Positions 24,122-37,700 of a stretch of 64,000 nt of DNA are shown here, one piece after another; positions within the stretch are counted from its first letter, which is position 1, and each line of letters begins with the position of its first letter. The DNA lies in assembly GCA_964035545.1 (NCBI GenBank), contig OZ037771.1:1437628-1501627 (forward strand). The letters run 5' to 3'. A model generated the notes under the pieces. That model was given only the letters and a program-made list of their open reading frames with translations. It was not told the origin of the DNA and made no database searches. Source of the stretch: Bugula neritina (taxonomy: Eukaryota; Animalia; Bryozoa). Position numbers and translations under genes: made by a program.

Positions 24122-27100
24122 TCATATCATCATGAGTTCAATTTGCTCCACTTTATCGATAAAAACTTGGTCTGTAAGCTTTTCCTTGATATAGCCAGCG
24201 ATATTGTTGTGAACTACAAAACACACAGTGGATTGTAAGAAAATACAGATGTAGTATGCAGGGGATTGTTGATAAGTTCACATATTTTTCCAGTGAACTT
24301 CAAGTGGATTTTAAAATGGAAACAAGATGTGCTAAAAGTACTAATAAATAAAAGCTTTTCACGAGTGAAGAAAATATCTGAAAATTAACCGATCCAATTG
24401 GTGATGGTACTTATACAGGTGAGGGTAGGTTTGTAGACCAAAAAGTTGCTAATGCTTGAATGGAAATCTGACAAATCACCATTTATTTAAAGGAATAACT
24501 TGCTCCATCAAATCATATGCCAATAAAAAGCTACTAAGCTCTGCATGAAGTGACTATCAACTAAATATTTTCACACCACAATACTATTGGATCTTTGTAA
24601 CAGCACACACATGTTTACTACAGAAAACACCTTCTTTCCGAAGTTACAGTAGTGAATAAACAATTAACTACTGTAGTATAATATTTAATATAATCTCAAT
24701 ATATAGTGTATTGGTATATTATGATATACTGGTACAATGGTGAGATATTGTAGAGTAAATAATATAATCATATAATATAGTGAATTAAACGCATGCAATC
24801 CAAATAGAGGTGTAGAGGTAAGACACTTACGGTGAGGGTTTTTCAGTATGTGGTGAGAAATCTGTCTGGCAGTCTGTTTAAACAGCTCCTGGAACATATT
24901 AAAAGTTAGCAAGAGCACACAATTACCAATAACATATTTAATACAATCAATAACAATGTCTTCGAGTGGTTTGCGGCAAAACTGTCAGTCAACAGGTGAG
25001 TACAGAGGTGAGTACAGAGGTGAGTAGTCTACAGGTTAGTACAGAGATGAGTCAGTATAGAGCTTAATGCAGAGGTTAGTTAGTGCAGAAACAAGCCAAC
25101 GGAGAGCTTACCCTCGTAGCAAAGTGTCTGGTGAACATGGGAGAGAGGAAAGAGACAACTTTCTGCGAGATCTGTTTAATATCGAGACTAAACTCCGAGG
25201 TTGGAAGCTCTCGTACAGGCGCGTTGTATTTGGCTCTTTTATCTCCCGTCTTGCGTCGTTTGTTTGGATGATAATCGGACAAATCTTTACCAATTTGTCG
25301 CTTTTTCTGACACTACAATTATTAAAAAATCTGAACACTGAAACTGGTATGAAATGAAATTGGACGGAAAGTAAATTCATATTAACTTCACCGAAATTTA
25401 GTGTAAAATACAGACAAACGGATAGCTGTGATCATTTACAAAACATTCGCATAACCTCCCGATTCATGTCTACACAGAAACGACATCCATTACATCCACC
25501 CCTTCGAATTGAAAACTAACATTGCTGATACATTCTTTACAAAGACATTGATGAATAGAGAGCAAGATGAGCTCACCCTCTCCTCTTCGTCTATCTCATA
25601 ATGCCGAGTGTCAGTGGACGCTGAGAAGCAGACCTTCTTCTTAGTACTGTTACTTTCTGCAGATGAAAATAGCCTAAGAATACCAGATTTTGTGCTGTCG
25701 GGGCATTGAAACCCTTCTTCCTCTGCAGTGACCTGCACATCATCTAACGGTAGGACTGAAGCAGAGGAGGAGGAATAGGATGGAGGTTTTTCTGGAGGAA
25801 TGGAGGAATTGTTGGTCTCCAGCTGTTCCAAACGCTCTGTAGGAAGGGTGGTAGGAGCAGCGTTTCCGCAGCTATCAGAGCTACATTCTGTAGTAGACGG
25901 CACCAACTTCCTTTTATTATCGTCCTGCAGCAAATCAACTAAAACCATGCAGATACTAAAACTCATAACTACTACAACTTACTTGGTAGTTATCTTCCCT
26001 TTTGATATGATGTGCACAGAACAAAATGGTATCATAGAGTTATACTAAGAAGATAAGATATAACAAAAAAATAAATAGCTTACATACCAGAGCAGCTGAG
26101 ATTCTGTCAATATGAGATTCTGTAAACAATATACAGCAATAATAACATCTTCAAGAAATAAAGATATCGTTAATGCTTGTCCTAATTAACCTTCAATCTG
26201 TTAATCTTACTCAGCATACAAGTTTTGTAAAATAACGTTTATGTAACCCATTAAATATCTGCATATTTATTGCAAATTGAAAGACACTAGATACAACCAT
26301 GAGAACTAATTGAAAGTTAAACGACTTCTTCACTTCATATTTTAGTAACATTACCTGGGATGGGGGAGGTGGACGGAGCACCCTTACTCTCTGCATCTAC
26401 GTCCACTGGATCGCCTCTGTGATCAACCAGAGACTTATTTGAAGCTTCTAGTGGTTTAAAATAATGAGTCACCTTCTCAGTTGGACTGATCACCCGCTTT
26501 ACCCGCTTCTTTTTGACCGGTGGTGAAGATATCTGAGATGTGTGTGACTCACACTTTCTACCAGACGAACTGATGGACAGATTTGTAGATGTTTTAGTTG
26601 CTGACATCTTCGATACAGACGAAGACGCAGCAGACGTTGACGCAGCAGACGTTGACACAGGAGAAGTTGATGCAGCAGACGTTGACGCAGGAGAAGTTGA
26701 TGCAGCAGTTGCAGACGTCATGGCTGCTGCAGACGATACTGCAGCAATTGGTGTAGTCAAAAAGTTCTGGTCCATTGAGCTCTTATTATAAACATCTCTG
26801 GCTGATTTGAACTGAGAGGAGAGTTTATTTTTCAAAGTCATGCCAATTTTGCTAAAATCAGAAGACTTTGAAGTAGAAGCAGACGCCAGAAGTTCTGATG
26901 CAGACTGAAACTGACAGCTATACTTGGTGTCACTCCTACAATCTGTGTCTGTGTTGGTCTCTTCACTGAGTAAGTTTAAGTGGTCATCACTACTCGTAGA
27001 TGCTTCTGTTTTTGGTTTTGATTCACTCGAGTTAGAAGTCTCTGAATTTGTTAGCTCAGACTTGTCTAATGAATAAACTTGATGCTGCTGAGTCATAGCC

Positions 27101-30100
27101 TGCACCTCCTTGACCTACGGTGTAAAAATGCTGACCTAAATCACTTATAACAACATCCACCAAACAGCCAGGCAAACAAATAAACGCCTTCATATAAAGT
27201 TGAAATAGAAAAAATTAAACTTTTACAGATAATATTATGAGAAAATCAAAATGAGGCATCAAGTAACTATCAAAAGGGAATCAATACGAAAAAGTTGCAG
27301 CAGACTACTGTATGACCTAGAAAAGTTGCAGCAGACTACTGTATGACCTAGAAAAGCTGCAGCAGACTACTGCATGACCTAGAAAAGCTGCAGCAGACTA
27401 CTGTATGACCTAGAAAAGCTCCAGCAGACTACTGCATGACCTAGAAAAGCTCCAGCAGACTAGTGTATAACCTAGAAAAGCTCCAGCAGACTAGTGTATG
27501 ATCTGAAAAGTAAAGCGAGTGAAAGCAATGTTACCTTTCTATTGACGGCCAGTTTGTAGCTCTGAACAGTCTTAACACAAGAAAATATATCGTGCTCCAA
27601 GTCTGTGGCAATAAATTCAGGGGCGTGACACAGCTTGGAATCTGTGTAGTTACTTTCCAGCGCTTTGAGTAACAGCTCATAACAATGCACTCGAATCTAA
27701 GTGTAACGAAGAATAAATAATATATTCATATATATACAATAAGTTTAGATTATGCCTGTACACAATATAGACTATAGTCCCCTCTTTGATCCTTAACATA
27801 CTAACAGAGTGCACTGATTTCGAGGGTGTTTACATGATAAAAAATCGGCAATACCATTAGAATCATAAATACAACTCAACACCCATCATATTATAGTTCA
27901 GCATAACTGAATATACAAGAATGGCTGTAAACAGAACGTCTGTTTAGTAAACTTGAAGTCTCAAAAATGAAAGTTTAAAGAATATTCAGATACCTTTACA
28001 GTAAGCATTGGGACCCTTTTACTCTTCGGGTTTTCCACGGGGCAGTTTACAGGTACAATGTCTTCCTCTTGCTTACTCTGCTGTGTGTGAAAATTAAACT
28101 TGTACACCAACACGTGGCAGATTAAACACAGAGTTTGATGCTAAAGTATAGAGTTTGAGAGTTGCATAAAGACTGATACAGTCAATGGTGACTAGAGTGT
28201 ATATTAACATCAACACACCACATTCAGCTTCTTTTTGCCGCGTCTTTTCTCAAATTCCTCAGCTATGAGACTGACTCTAGCGTTCTTCTCCTCTTCATCT
28301 CTCTTCTGCTGCACCGCCCAGTGAGGCTCCGTGAATTCTGACTCATACTCCAAGGTTTCCCTGTCAAAGTGAGGCTCACATAACATACTTTACAGCAACA
28401 ATGCTCACACATCTCACTGAGGTAGAACAGACAGTTGAAATGTAGTTCAGCATATAATAGCAATGCTGGACTTCAAGTATTCATACAGTTGATTGGCTGT
28501 GGAATAGATGCATCAACCAATCACAGAGTGATGTACTGTGTACAGAGACAACGCCGTAACACATGCTATACCTCTTAGCCCCTTTCCTTCCCCCTTCGAA
28601 CCAATCCGGTTCTTCATCTTCTTTCCGGGATTTAGTGAAATATATTGCTGAGCCGGTCCCGCGCACTCCGTTCACTGACTTGGCAAACCCTGCCTTCTGC
28701 ATGTCATCCAGGTCTTTGAGCACTGCACGTAATGACACGCACACGTCGCAGTTTTTTACACATTTCTCTTTGGGCAGTCTTTCCCCAAAATACTGCAAGA
28801 TCTGCTGGTGGCGGCAGCTAAAACAACAGAGATGCAAATATAATAATATTCAGTGCTCACATCTCAACCTAATCTTAAAACATATCTAATATAACATCTA
28901 TATTATATTATATATATTATATATTTTCTAATATATTATATAATTATTTATATATAACATCTATATTATATAATATCGCTATGACTACCAGTACACAACT
29001 TGTAAGAATATCACTGAGGGGTAACAGCTTGTACAGTACATGTTGGCGTGACTTGTGTAATTTACGTTACGTTACGCTGCTGTTTAAAGACATGAAGCAT
29101 TTATACCCCTAATCAGGTGTATATCACTCTGACTATGTGTATAGCAATCACCCACAGCTCCCCCCACCCACAGCTTCCCCCCCCCCCACCCACAGCTTCC
29201 CCCTTCCCCCTCATAACTTACGTGGCTGTTTCACAGTACTTCATCATCTTCTGGAATTCTTTCTGCGTAGCCTTAGAGAGTTCAACTCCTTTACCCCGAG
29301 ATGCATATCTTTCAGCTTCCTTGGAGATGATGAAAGCAATGGTGCTGCACTCATTTCTGGAGTAGTACAGTCTACATCGGGCCGGGGCGCCATCTCTCCC
29401 CGCCCGCCCCGACTCCTGATAGTAGCCCGCCATAGCCTTAGGCACTGTCCAGTGTACCACAAACCTGGGTAGATACAAGATTCCGTGAATATGGCAAAAG
29501 ATTCCTTGTACATAAAGCTTCAACTTCAACTATAAGGTAAAGTAATTCAATGAGTTTATTGTTTGTAAAAGTATATTTGACAAGAAATTATCAAATTAAT
29601 TCCACAAAAGACCTAAAGCTGCCAACTGATATGCTGAAATATTTTTATCTCCTGAATATTACAAGTGACGACATAAACTCCTGCTCTACCTTCCTCGTTA
29701 GTGCCAACTTATCAATACAAGTTTCTCTGAACCTCTCTTGATAACTAACCTGACATTAGCTTTATCTATTCCCATGCCGAAGCTGATGGTAGCCGCTATT
29801 ACCGGAATCTCCCCATTTGTCCACTCATCCTGGACATCATCTCTCGCCGTCTGCTTGAGTCCGGCATGATACGCTTTCGCGGGAATTCCGAACTGGGTCA
29901 GTCTCCCAGCAACTTGAGAACAGGCTTCCCTGGTGCGACAGTAGATGATACCTCTTCCGGCTGATCGCTAGAACAGTACACGAATAAAACTCACTATCCC
30001 TGTGAGAGCCTCTGATGGAAAGAAGTCTTTAACGCAGGCTAAAGACTTATTCAGATGAGGCACAAGAGCAATTATGACTGCATGCTCTTCCTAACATTAC

Positions 30101-32497
30101 CGCTGGTGTTTGAGCTGGAAACACTGACCCAGTGTTTACTAGGCCAGCGGTTTTACCACTACACCATGCTGCTCCCTTAACATAATACGTAAATGTTTAT
30201 GTGTGTATGTGCCAGCCAATCGCTAAGATAAATTTAAAATTTGAAAAGAGATACAAACCCAATCAGACTCGCTCAACTCGATACCCAGTGTCTCAACAGC
30301 GAATAAACATAAATCTCTAAATGGGTCATCAATCAGCTCTTTGATCTTCACATCGTAGAACAGGTTAGATCTAAAGGAGCAAAAAAATCATAGTATAAAT
30401 TCAAAGTTGATGGCAAATACAAATCTAGGTGCTAAATAATGCAAATAACATGTATTATTTAGTAATTATTTCAATTTTATATAATAAATATTAATACAAA
30501 CAAAACATACGATTTTGTTTTAAGAAAAATCAGTACATGAAACAATCCAGACACTCTAGTGACTAAGTTGAACTACTGGCCACAGTGTAGTCACCATATA
30601 GTCACAGTGTAGTCACCATATAGTCACAGTGTATAGTCACAGTGTAGTCACCATATAGTCACCATATAGTCACAGTGTAGTCACCACATAGTCACAGTGT
30701 AGTCACCATATAGTCACAGTGTATAGTCACAGTGTAGTCACCATATAGTCACAGTGTAGTCACAGTGTATAGCCACAGTGTAGTCACCATATAGTCACAG
30801 TGTAGTCACCATATAGTCACAGTGTATAGTCACAGTGTAGTCACCATATAGCCACAGTGTAGTCACCATATAGCCACAGTGTAGTCACCATATAGTCACC
30901 ATATAGTCACAGTGTAGTCACCATATAGTCACAGTGTAGTCACCATATAGTCACAGTATAGTAACATATTATTCTCACCGGAACACGCTTGCAGCAAATG
31001 TAAGAGAGTCGTCCTTGAATTTGAGTGACTTCTTAATATCACTGACAACATTTGCGGTAGCTGTAGCAGTGAGAGCAATACACGGCACTCCTTTCATATC
31101 TTTTCTACAGAAAAATTACGGTATTATAATGTCAAGTGAAATATTCTCTCATAAACACATTTCCAACCATTCAGGTATTTTGACTAGAGAAACAAAATTA
31201 AACTAAGAAATGCTGTTGAAGACACAATAAAATAACTTGCTATAAATTAGTTACCAATGAACCTCCAAACAGCAAATTAAAAACTAAGAACAGCTATAAA
31301 CTTTGTTATATCGAGTATAAAATAACTTGTTTCAGATTAGTTACTAAGAGTACAGAGCAAAGAAACTTTTGAGCAGCCAATTAAAGTTAACTAGCCTTAG
31401 TTCTACCTGATCTTTCCAAGCTTGAGATAGTCTGGTCTGAAGTCGTGCCCCCACTGAGAAAGGCAATGCGCTTCATCAATCACCAAGTAATTTACTAGTC
31501 TGTTGGTGTGCCAAAACTTGAGGAGAGACTTGAAGGTGTCTGAAGAAACTTGTTCAGGTGTGATGTAGAGCAGTCTGGTGCGTGGCATTGGTCTCCGCAA
31601 GTCTGCAACACATACATTGACCTCCACAGTGAACCAGGAGCACCAGAAGTCAACAAATGAGACAATACTCCACAAAAATAGAAAACAAAATATATTATTT
31701 TGATGAGTACAACCAACTGACAGCTCATAAAACTGCTGTTCAGAGTGTAATCATACCTGTGAGAAGCTGAGAGCGCTCCAGAGAGGTTAACTTTGAGTTG
31801 AGGGTGGCTGCTGAAATGCCCAGCTTCTTCAAATGCTCCAGCTGGTCATACATCAAGGCTATGAGTGGAGTGACAACTAAAGTGAGCCCAGGTTTGGTGA
31901 GCGCAGGTAGCTGATAACACAGAGATTTACCTCCACCGGTTGGCATACAAATGTAGACATCTTTGTCACCTGAAAAAACATTGAAACAGCATTAACAATG
32001 TACTCTAGCCCGGAGTATAAGGGGTCACTTCTCTAGGAAAAGAGTTGAAAGAATACCTTTTATTACAGCTTTAACTGCGCTCTCTTGTGTGCTACTCCGA
32101 AATGCCGAGTAACCAAACACCTCTTTGAGAATTTTCTCTGGTGAAGCATTATGCAGAAATATAGGAGCAACTTTCACTTTCGTTTGAGTGTTGCCTTCAG
32201 ATGTTCCAGTTCTGTTTGATAGAGCTGAAGCACCTGCAATCAGAATAGTTGATTAAAATAAAATCAAGAGTTCATTGGGACTACTCCAAAATCAAAGATG
32301 GCAAGTGACCAAAACTTTTTCAAGATTAGTATAAAATATCATGTGAGTTCAATGACAAAATATCAAACTACTTTTGTGAATTATCTAACTAAATTGTGAT
32401 TAAAATCTAAACTGCATTAATAAAACTTACCCTTACTAGTAGAAGGAATTTGGTCAATATCATCTTCTAGAATGATGACATCTGAGTCGGAGTCCAT
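24122..32497 (-). CDS. RECQL5: ATP-dependent DNA helicase Q5 (RecQ5, long form with KIX-like and SRI regions)
   Basis: Exons include 32431-32497, 32057-32233, 31757-31969, 31407-31602, 30979-31104, 30259-30370, 29750-29967, 29222-29464, 28572-28817, further exons 28223-27534, 26355-27114, about 25577-25924, about 25112-25330, about 24830-24889 and 24122-24213. Motifs: [60 protein letters not shown], Zn-binding [14 protein letters not shown]-like [23 protein letters not shown]-like [21 protein letters not shown]. Confidence 0.93.
24993..25083 (-). repeat. Degenerate about 12-bp repeat (TACTCACCTCTG on the transcribed strand)
   Basis: AGGTGAGTACAG x3 plus AGGTTAGT variants on +, in the RECQL5 intron 30-120 nt downstream of the donor at 25111. 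Confidence 0.8.
26620..26745 (-). repeat. Coding 15-bp repeat in RECQL5 ([10 protein letters not shown] units)
   Basis: GCAGCAGACGTTGAC-type units; the ORF reads [27 protein letters not shown]. Confidence 0.8.
27288..27503 (-). repeat. 31-bp intronic minisatellite, about 7 units
   Basis: CTAGAAAAGCTGCAGCAGACTACTGTATGAC periodicity; on the transcribed strand each unit contains TTTTCTAG|GTCA. Confidence 0.9.
29148..29211 (-). other. G-tract cluster (potential G-quadruplex) in a RECQL5 intron
   Basis: Minus strand reads GGGGGAAGGGGGAAGCTGTGGGTG(12)AAGCTGTGGGTGGGGGAGCTGTGGG, about 10 nt after the donor at 29221. Confidence 0.75.
30066..30176 (-). mobile_element. tRNA-derived SINE-like repeat (copy B)
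   Basis: A-box-like TGGTGTAGTGG at the 5' end, then ATGTTAGGAAGAGCATGCAGTCATAATTGCTC, nearly identical to 60634-60665. Confidence 0.65.
30579..30962. repeat. 11/22-bp intronic minisatellite (TAGTCACAGTG-TAGTCACCATA)
   Basis: Direct periodicity, starting about 15 nt after the RECQL5 donor at 30978. Confidence 0.95.
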
Positions 32498-33349
32498 TTT
32501 GATCCATTTAAACGTTGCTTCAAGATTGCATATTCAACTCCTGTTTGATAACACTGCAAAAATAAATTTCAAATGTATCAATTTAGTTCAAGTTTTAATG
32601 AAAAAAAGTTAACTGAGGAAGGCTGCAAAATACTCAGTTTCATTATTGACAATGGCTAGAAATTTATGAGGAGCAGACTACAGACTTCGAGTGAGGTGCA
32701 AGTAAGCTAAATTATATATTATTATATATATAATTATCACTGTTACTAATATTAATAGTCATACTTTTAGTCTGATGGCTATACTGAAGGAGATACTCAA
32801 TCTGAGTATCTTGTAGTAACTCTAAGTCACTTAGAATTAGTAAGTGAGTCTAAGTTTACATTACAAATGGGAAATTAAAATTTATAAACACAATTAGTAT
32901 TGTGTTTTATAAATAATATTGTAAAAGTTTAAAATAAATATAATCATGTTTATACTCATTACCATGATAATACTGATTACTGAATATAAATATTACAATT
33001 ATTAATTATACTTAATTTTATTCATATTATTATTAATATTATGATTTAAATTATAGAATTAGTCAATTACTATAACTATTACACTTAGTATACATTTTAG
33101 TATTACTATTACTATTAGTATTAGTATCACTAGTAGTAAATCACTAAAAGTAAATCACTAAAAGTAAATCACTCAGTAAGACTAAGTGTAATACTAATAA
33201 TTATAATAATAATTATAATAATACTAATACTAATAGTAATACTAATACTAATAGTAATAGTAATACTAATAGTATAACTGTGATAGACTCAAAAAATTTG
33301 TGATTAATAAAATCATAGATTTGAATGCATAATGATAAGGACTATCAGT

Positions 33350-33730
33350 ATCTCTATAGCTGTACGGATTGTTGAACTGAATCTGAAAATTTGCAACTTT
33401 CAGCACAATCGAAAATGAGAACGCAAATGCTGGTAAAAATAAAAGCATTTTACTATTCGATGCAATTGATGAAAATTATTTGACCGTTGTTCTTAGCAAT
33501 AACATATTCTCACGAACACTGCTATCAAAACTGTCATACATATAAGACGTTAAACTTTACACTAAAACAAACTTTAGGGCTATAGCACTTTATCAGTTCT
33601 ATTTGATTATCTTTTTTTAACCAATAAATTTTTGCTGTTTTACAGAGAGAGGGAGGAGGCGTAATTATTTCCCGGGCGCTGTTTTTTTTTATTTGAGTTC
33701 ACGGTCTACGTTGCCCCACCTAGGCTTTTC
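33350..33730. promoter_or_regulatory. Probable bidirectional promoter core for RECQL5/PDCD10
   Basis: Head-to-head ATGs at 32497 (-) and 34716 (+), each preceded by an acceptor. A short CpG-containing segment is flanked by very AT-rich TAGTAATAC-like sequence. Confidence 0.5.
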
Positions 33731-34715
33731 AGCTTTACAATTTCCTATGTCTTTAATAAAGTTATAAACATAAATACCAGAATAGTAAACTAGTAAGTAG
33801 TAAAAATTATAAACTACAAATATCATTAATCAGTTTTATTACTTATTATTTATTGCAACTAGAATAATTGAAAAGTTGATTAGGATAATTATTATCCTAA
33901 TAATTATAAATATAATGGTAATTTCTATTAGTATTATTATTAGTGCATTAGAAATAGAATTAGATCAACTTTTCAGTTTGACTTTCACTTTGAGTTAATG
34001 TTATCTTTATCTTAACCTTACTCTTAGTATAAGTATAACATTAACTATAGGTAGTAGTAGGTGCTAGTATTAGTGCTGTATTAATACTAGTAGTAGTTGC
34101 AATCAACTATGTTTATCATAGTTATTAAAATATTCATATTGTCATTGTCTATACGAATTAAAATTGACGATAATTAGTAGTACTAGTCTCTAGTAGTAAT
34201 ATTACTAGTTATACTAGTAGTTTAAAAGTAATAGCAATAATTGATAATGATCTTCTGCTTAAACTTATAGTCATAATTATAGTAAATCACAATTAATAGT
34301 CAAATACTAATAGTAATACTTATATATTTATATTTATACTCACTATTATACTGGCAGTATTATTCATATTTATTGTCATAATGATAGTGATACTTGTAGT
34401 AAAAGTATAGTTATTATCATAGTATAAAGTCAAGTGTAAGTGTTGAAATTTTTCAAAATTTGTTAATTATGTTATTAAGATAATAAAGGTAACCCAGCAA
34501 TCTTTTGTTTTTGCAGTCTCAATTTTTTATTAAACTACAATTAAATGTACTGTGATTACAATTGTTCCAGTTTAGTTACTGTGAGTATGAGCGTAGGCTT
34601 AGGTATTACCCATACCCATAGTGACTGCAATAGTGATGGTGCATGTTACAGCTATTTCACTTTTTCTCTTGAATAATTTGACAATAATTGACTAAAATGT
34701 TTTTTCAGTTTCAAG

Positions 34716-37700
34716 ATGGCGTCCCCTGATGAGTTGGATGCAGCTCAGCACAAGCTAATGGTGGACATGACGTTTCCATGTGTTGTTAACCCAATACTAA
34801 GAGAGGTGAGTCACTAAGTCTAGGGGTAGAAAAGATAAAGTAATGCTGGTGAAGAAAAAAATGTAGAGTCGTTAATGTAAAACAATCATCCTAATAAAAA
34901 AAGGTTTCCAACTTAAAGACATTCTAAATTGTTTACAAAAATCAATTGCAATTATTCACAGTTGAAAGATTGCTTTCAGAGCTTTATTATTTTCATATGA
35001 AAATGTTTGTCTATGTTACACTTGCACTGTAAGCTTTACATTTCAGTTAGAAGATACAAGCCATTCCACAACCCCCACATTGATTCGTGAATCGTTTGAA
35101 GAGGTTGAGGCGTTTTATCCCGGGTTTACAGAATTTTTCGTAAGAGGGCTGTTGACAAAAGCCCGCATTGACGATAGAATTGATATGCCTGAAGCTATAC
35201 TCAAGTGAGTTGTCCCCTCTTCATCTTCCCTTACAGGCCCCTGCTAATAAGTTAATTTCCTGTTTGTATATTTTTAGATGTCATATTTCTTTTAATTGTC
35301 CGTAAACTATTATATTTACATATTAAAATATCGTCATATTGATATATTAAAATACCATGCTATTTATATATCAATATATCATTATATTTAAATAATAAAA
35401 TATTATAATATTTATATATAATGATATCATTATATTTATATAATAAAATCTCATTATATTTATGTATTACACTATCATAATATTTGTATATTAGAATATC
35501 ATGATATTCACAACATGTGTGTAACTGTGCAGACTGGAAGGGTCCGGGGAACAGAAGGACGTGCTGCTGCGTCGGCATGAATCTGTGTTCAAAAACCTCC
35601 AGCATCGAGCAGACAGCCTCAAGTTGATCCTCGGGCGAATCCCGGATGAGATTTCTGACAGAAAGAAGTTTCTAGATACCATCAAGTATTTCACTATAAG
35701 ATAATTGATTTATTGTAAAGTATTTTATTATTTAGTTGTAAAATAATTTAATTTATTATTTATAACTATCTTATATTTTGTCATATATTATATAATATGT
35801 TGGTAATTATTCAACACTAGTTACTTCTTATGTTATGTTTTTATCCCATAATATGAATTATATTTGTTGTATTATATAACACCAAGTCAGTAGATAAGTT
35901 GTTGACACTTGTTTGTTATACATTACAGAGACATAGCACATGCAATCAAGCACCTGCTTGACGCTGTCAATGAAGTGTTTACACAGATAGGTGTAGCAGA
36001 AGATAGGCATCGTTTAGATAAGAAAAAGAAGGATTTTGTCAAATACTCAAAGAGGTTTAGCACTACTCTCAAAGACTTCTTCAAAGATAACAGGTATGCA
36101 CATTCTATTTATTTCTATTTGTTTTAGTGACAAGAGTTGTAAACTTTCCTTTATACTCATAAAATAGTAAATTTACTGTTGAGAGTTCACCTAGGTGTAA
36201 TCCTGTATAATATATGTAGGTAATGTATTAGCATAATGTAATTTAGAGCTTCCCAGAATTTCATGCAGTTGGATTTGCTTACTCATGGATGTAGAACATA
36301 ATTTTTACAACTGATGTTAAATTATTATGTGATAAAGTTTATATACAACTTTTTTATATTCATGCTTCGCCACAAATATTGTGAGTAGTGCAGATAAGCT
36401 ATTTTGGAGTTGTCTGTTCATTATGTTTATGAAATGTTTAGATTGGAAAACATAAATATTACGCAATGGTATGGATGCCCTTAGCCTGTGCTCTTTGATT
36501 TCTAAGTTGTGCTTCTTGAATGACAGCTATATTATGTATGCTCCAATGATTATTCTTCATGCAATTCCACCAGATTAGCTAGTTTATGTGGAGGGCCCAC
36601 AATAGATTCAAAATCGTGAGATTGTAAATTTGTATATGTGTATTAATTCATAGCCCCGATGACGATATCGGCAGGTAGGTGTACAGGTGTACATGTAGTG
36701 CAGCAAATTGTAAAACATTGACCTAAAATATACATTGATTGAGTGAGCTAGTTTAGAAAAGGACATTTTCAGTTTTGAGTTTGAAAGCAGCCTTAAATGA
36801 TAAATCATAACACAGTCTAAGGCTGTTGAACACAGTCTAAGGCTGTTGAACACAGTCTAAGGCTGTTGAAAGCAGGCTTATGTCTATTAGTGATTCATAA
36901 TTCTTTCAAAGGTTTTCTCATTTGAGGTTGATTGGAATTCTGATTGGAATTGTCTAACCTTGTATGCTTGTAGCACCTAACACACTCTGACTATTATATA
37001 GTAACATTACATGATATATTCTATCATTTTCTAGACATGTTGATTACCTGTGATTGTTTCATTGTAACAATGAGTGAAATTTTAAGATATGATGCGTGAT
37101 TGTATAGTGTGCATTTGTATTTGTGACTGCAGCTACAATATTATAACTGATGCGTGTCTCTCCAAAGCTCATTGCAAGTGTTACTTCTGCAACTTCCCTA
37201 GCGCTAGGTTTTCTTACCACCTCAATGTTAGTTTTTGATTTTCTAGTTATTAAAGTGATGCTAATAAGAATTTTTTTTCCGAATACATTGGAGTTTGTGA
37301 ATCCACCAATTTGACAAACACCTACCCTTTGGAGTGATTTTGCTCTCTTTTATTTCACCATGAGGTTTAACCAGCAATTTTATCACAATCCGATGACATT
37401 GTTTTTATGGCCCTGTAACTTTATGACCCATCAATTTTTGGTCCTCAATTCTATGTGACTTTTTAGTCCTGTTTCTTGTTGGTCCATTACTTTTTAACTC
37501 TATTGTCATGTGGCTGCATGTCTAAATATCAACTGATCAACTGTACTTTTACTTTCAGCTATTTAAATAATGCCTTTACTGCACAGCCAATCACATTTAA
37601 CTAAATAAATCAGCTGTGAATGCTACAGATTTATTCTGCCATAAAACAATCAATTCACTTTCTTAATACACAACCGACTTTATCTTTAAAAAATAAAACC

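Noticed and set aside
26540-26791. Plus-strand ORF with DAADV repeats
   Set aside because: Antisense shadow of the RECQL5 Ser/Thr/Ala coding repeat.
30010-30060. Hammerhead ribozyme (CTGATG..GAAA)
   Set aside because: The core is CTGATGG rather than CTGANGA, and stem II is missing.
30066-30176. tRNA gene
   Set aside because: An A-box-like start but no intact cloverleaf or T-loop; it shares a non-tRNA core with two other copies, so SINE-like.
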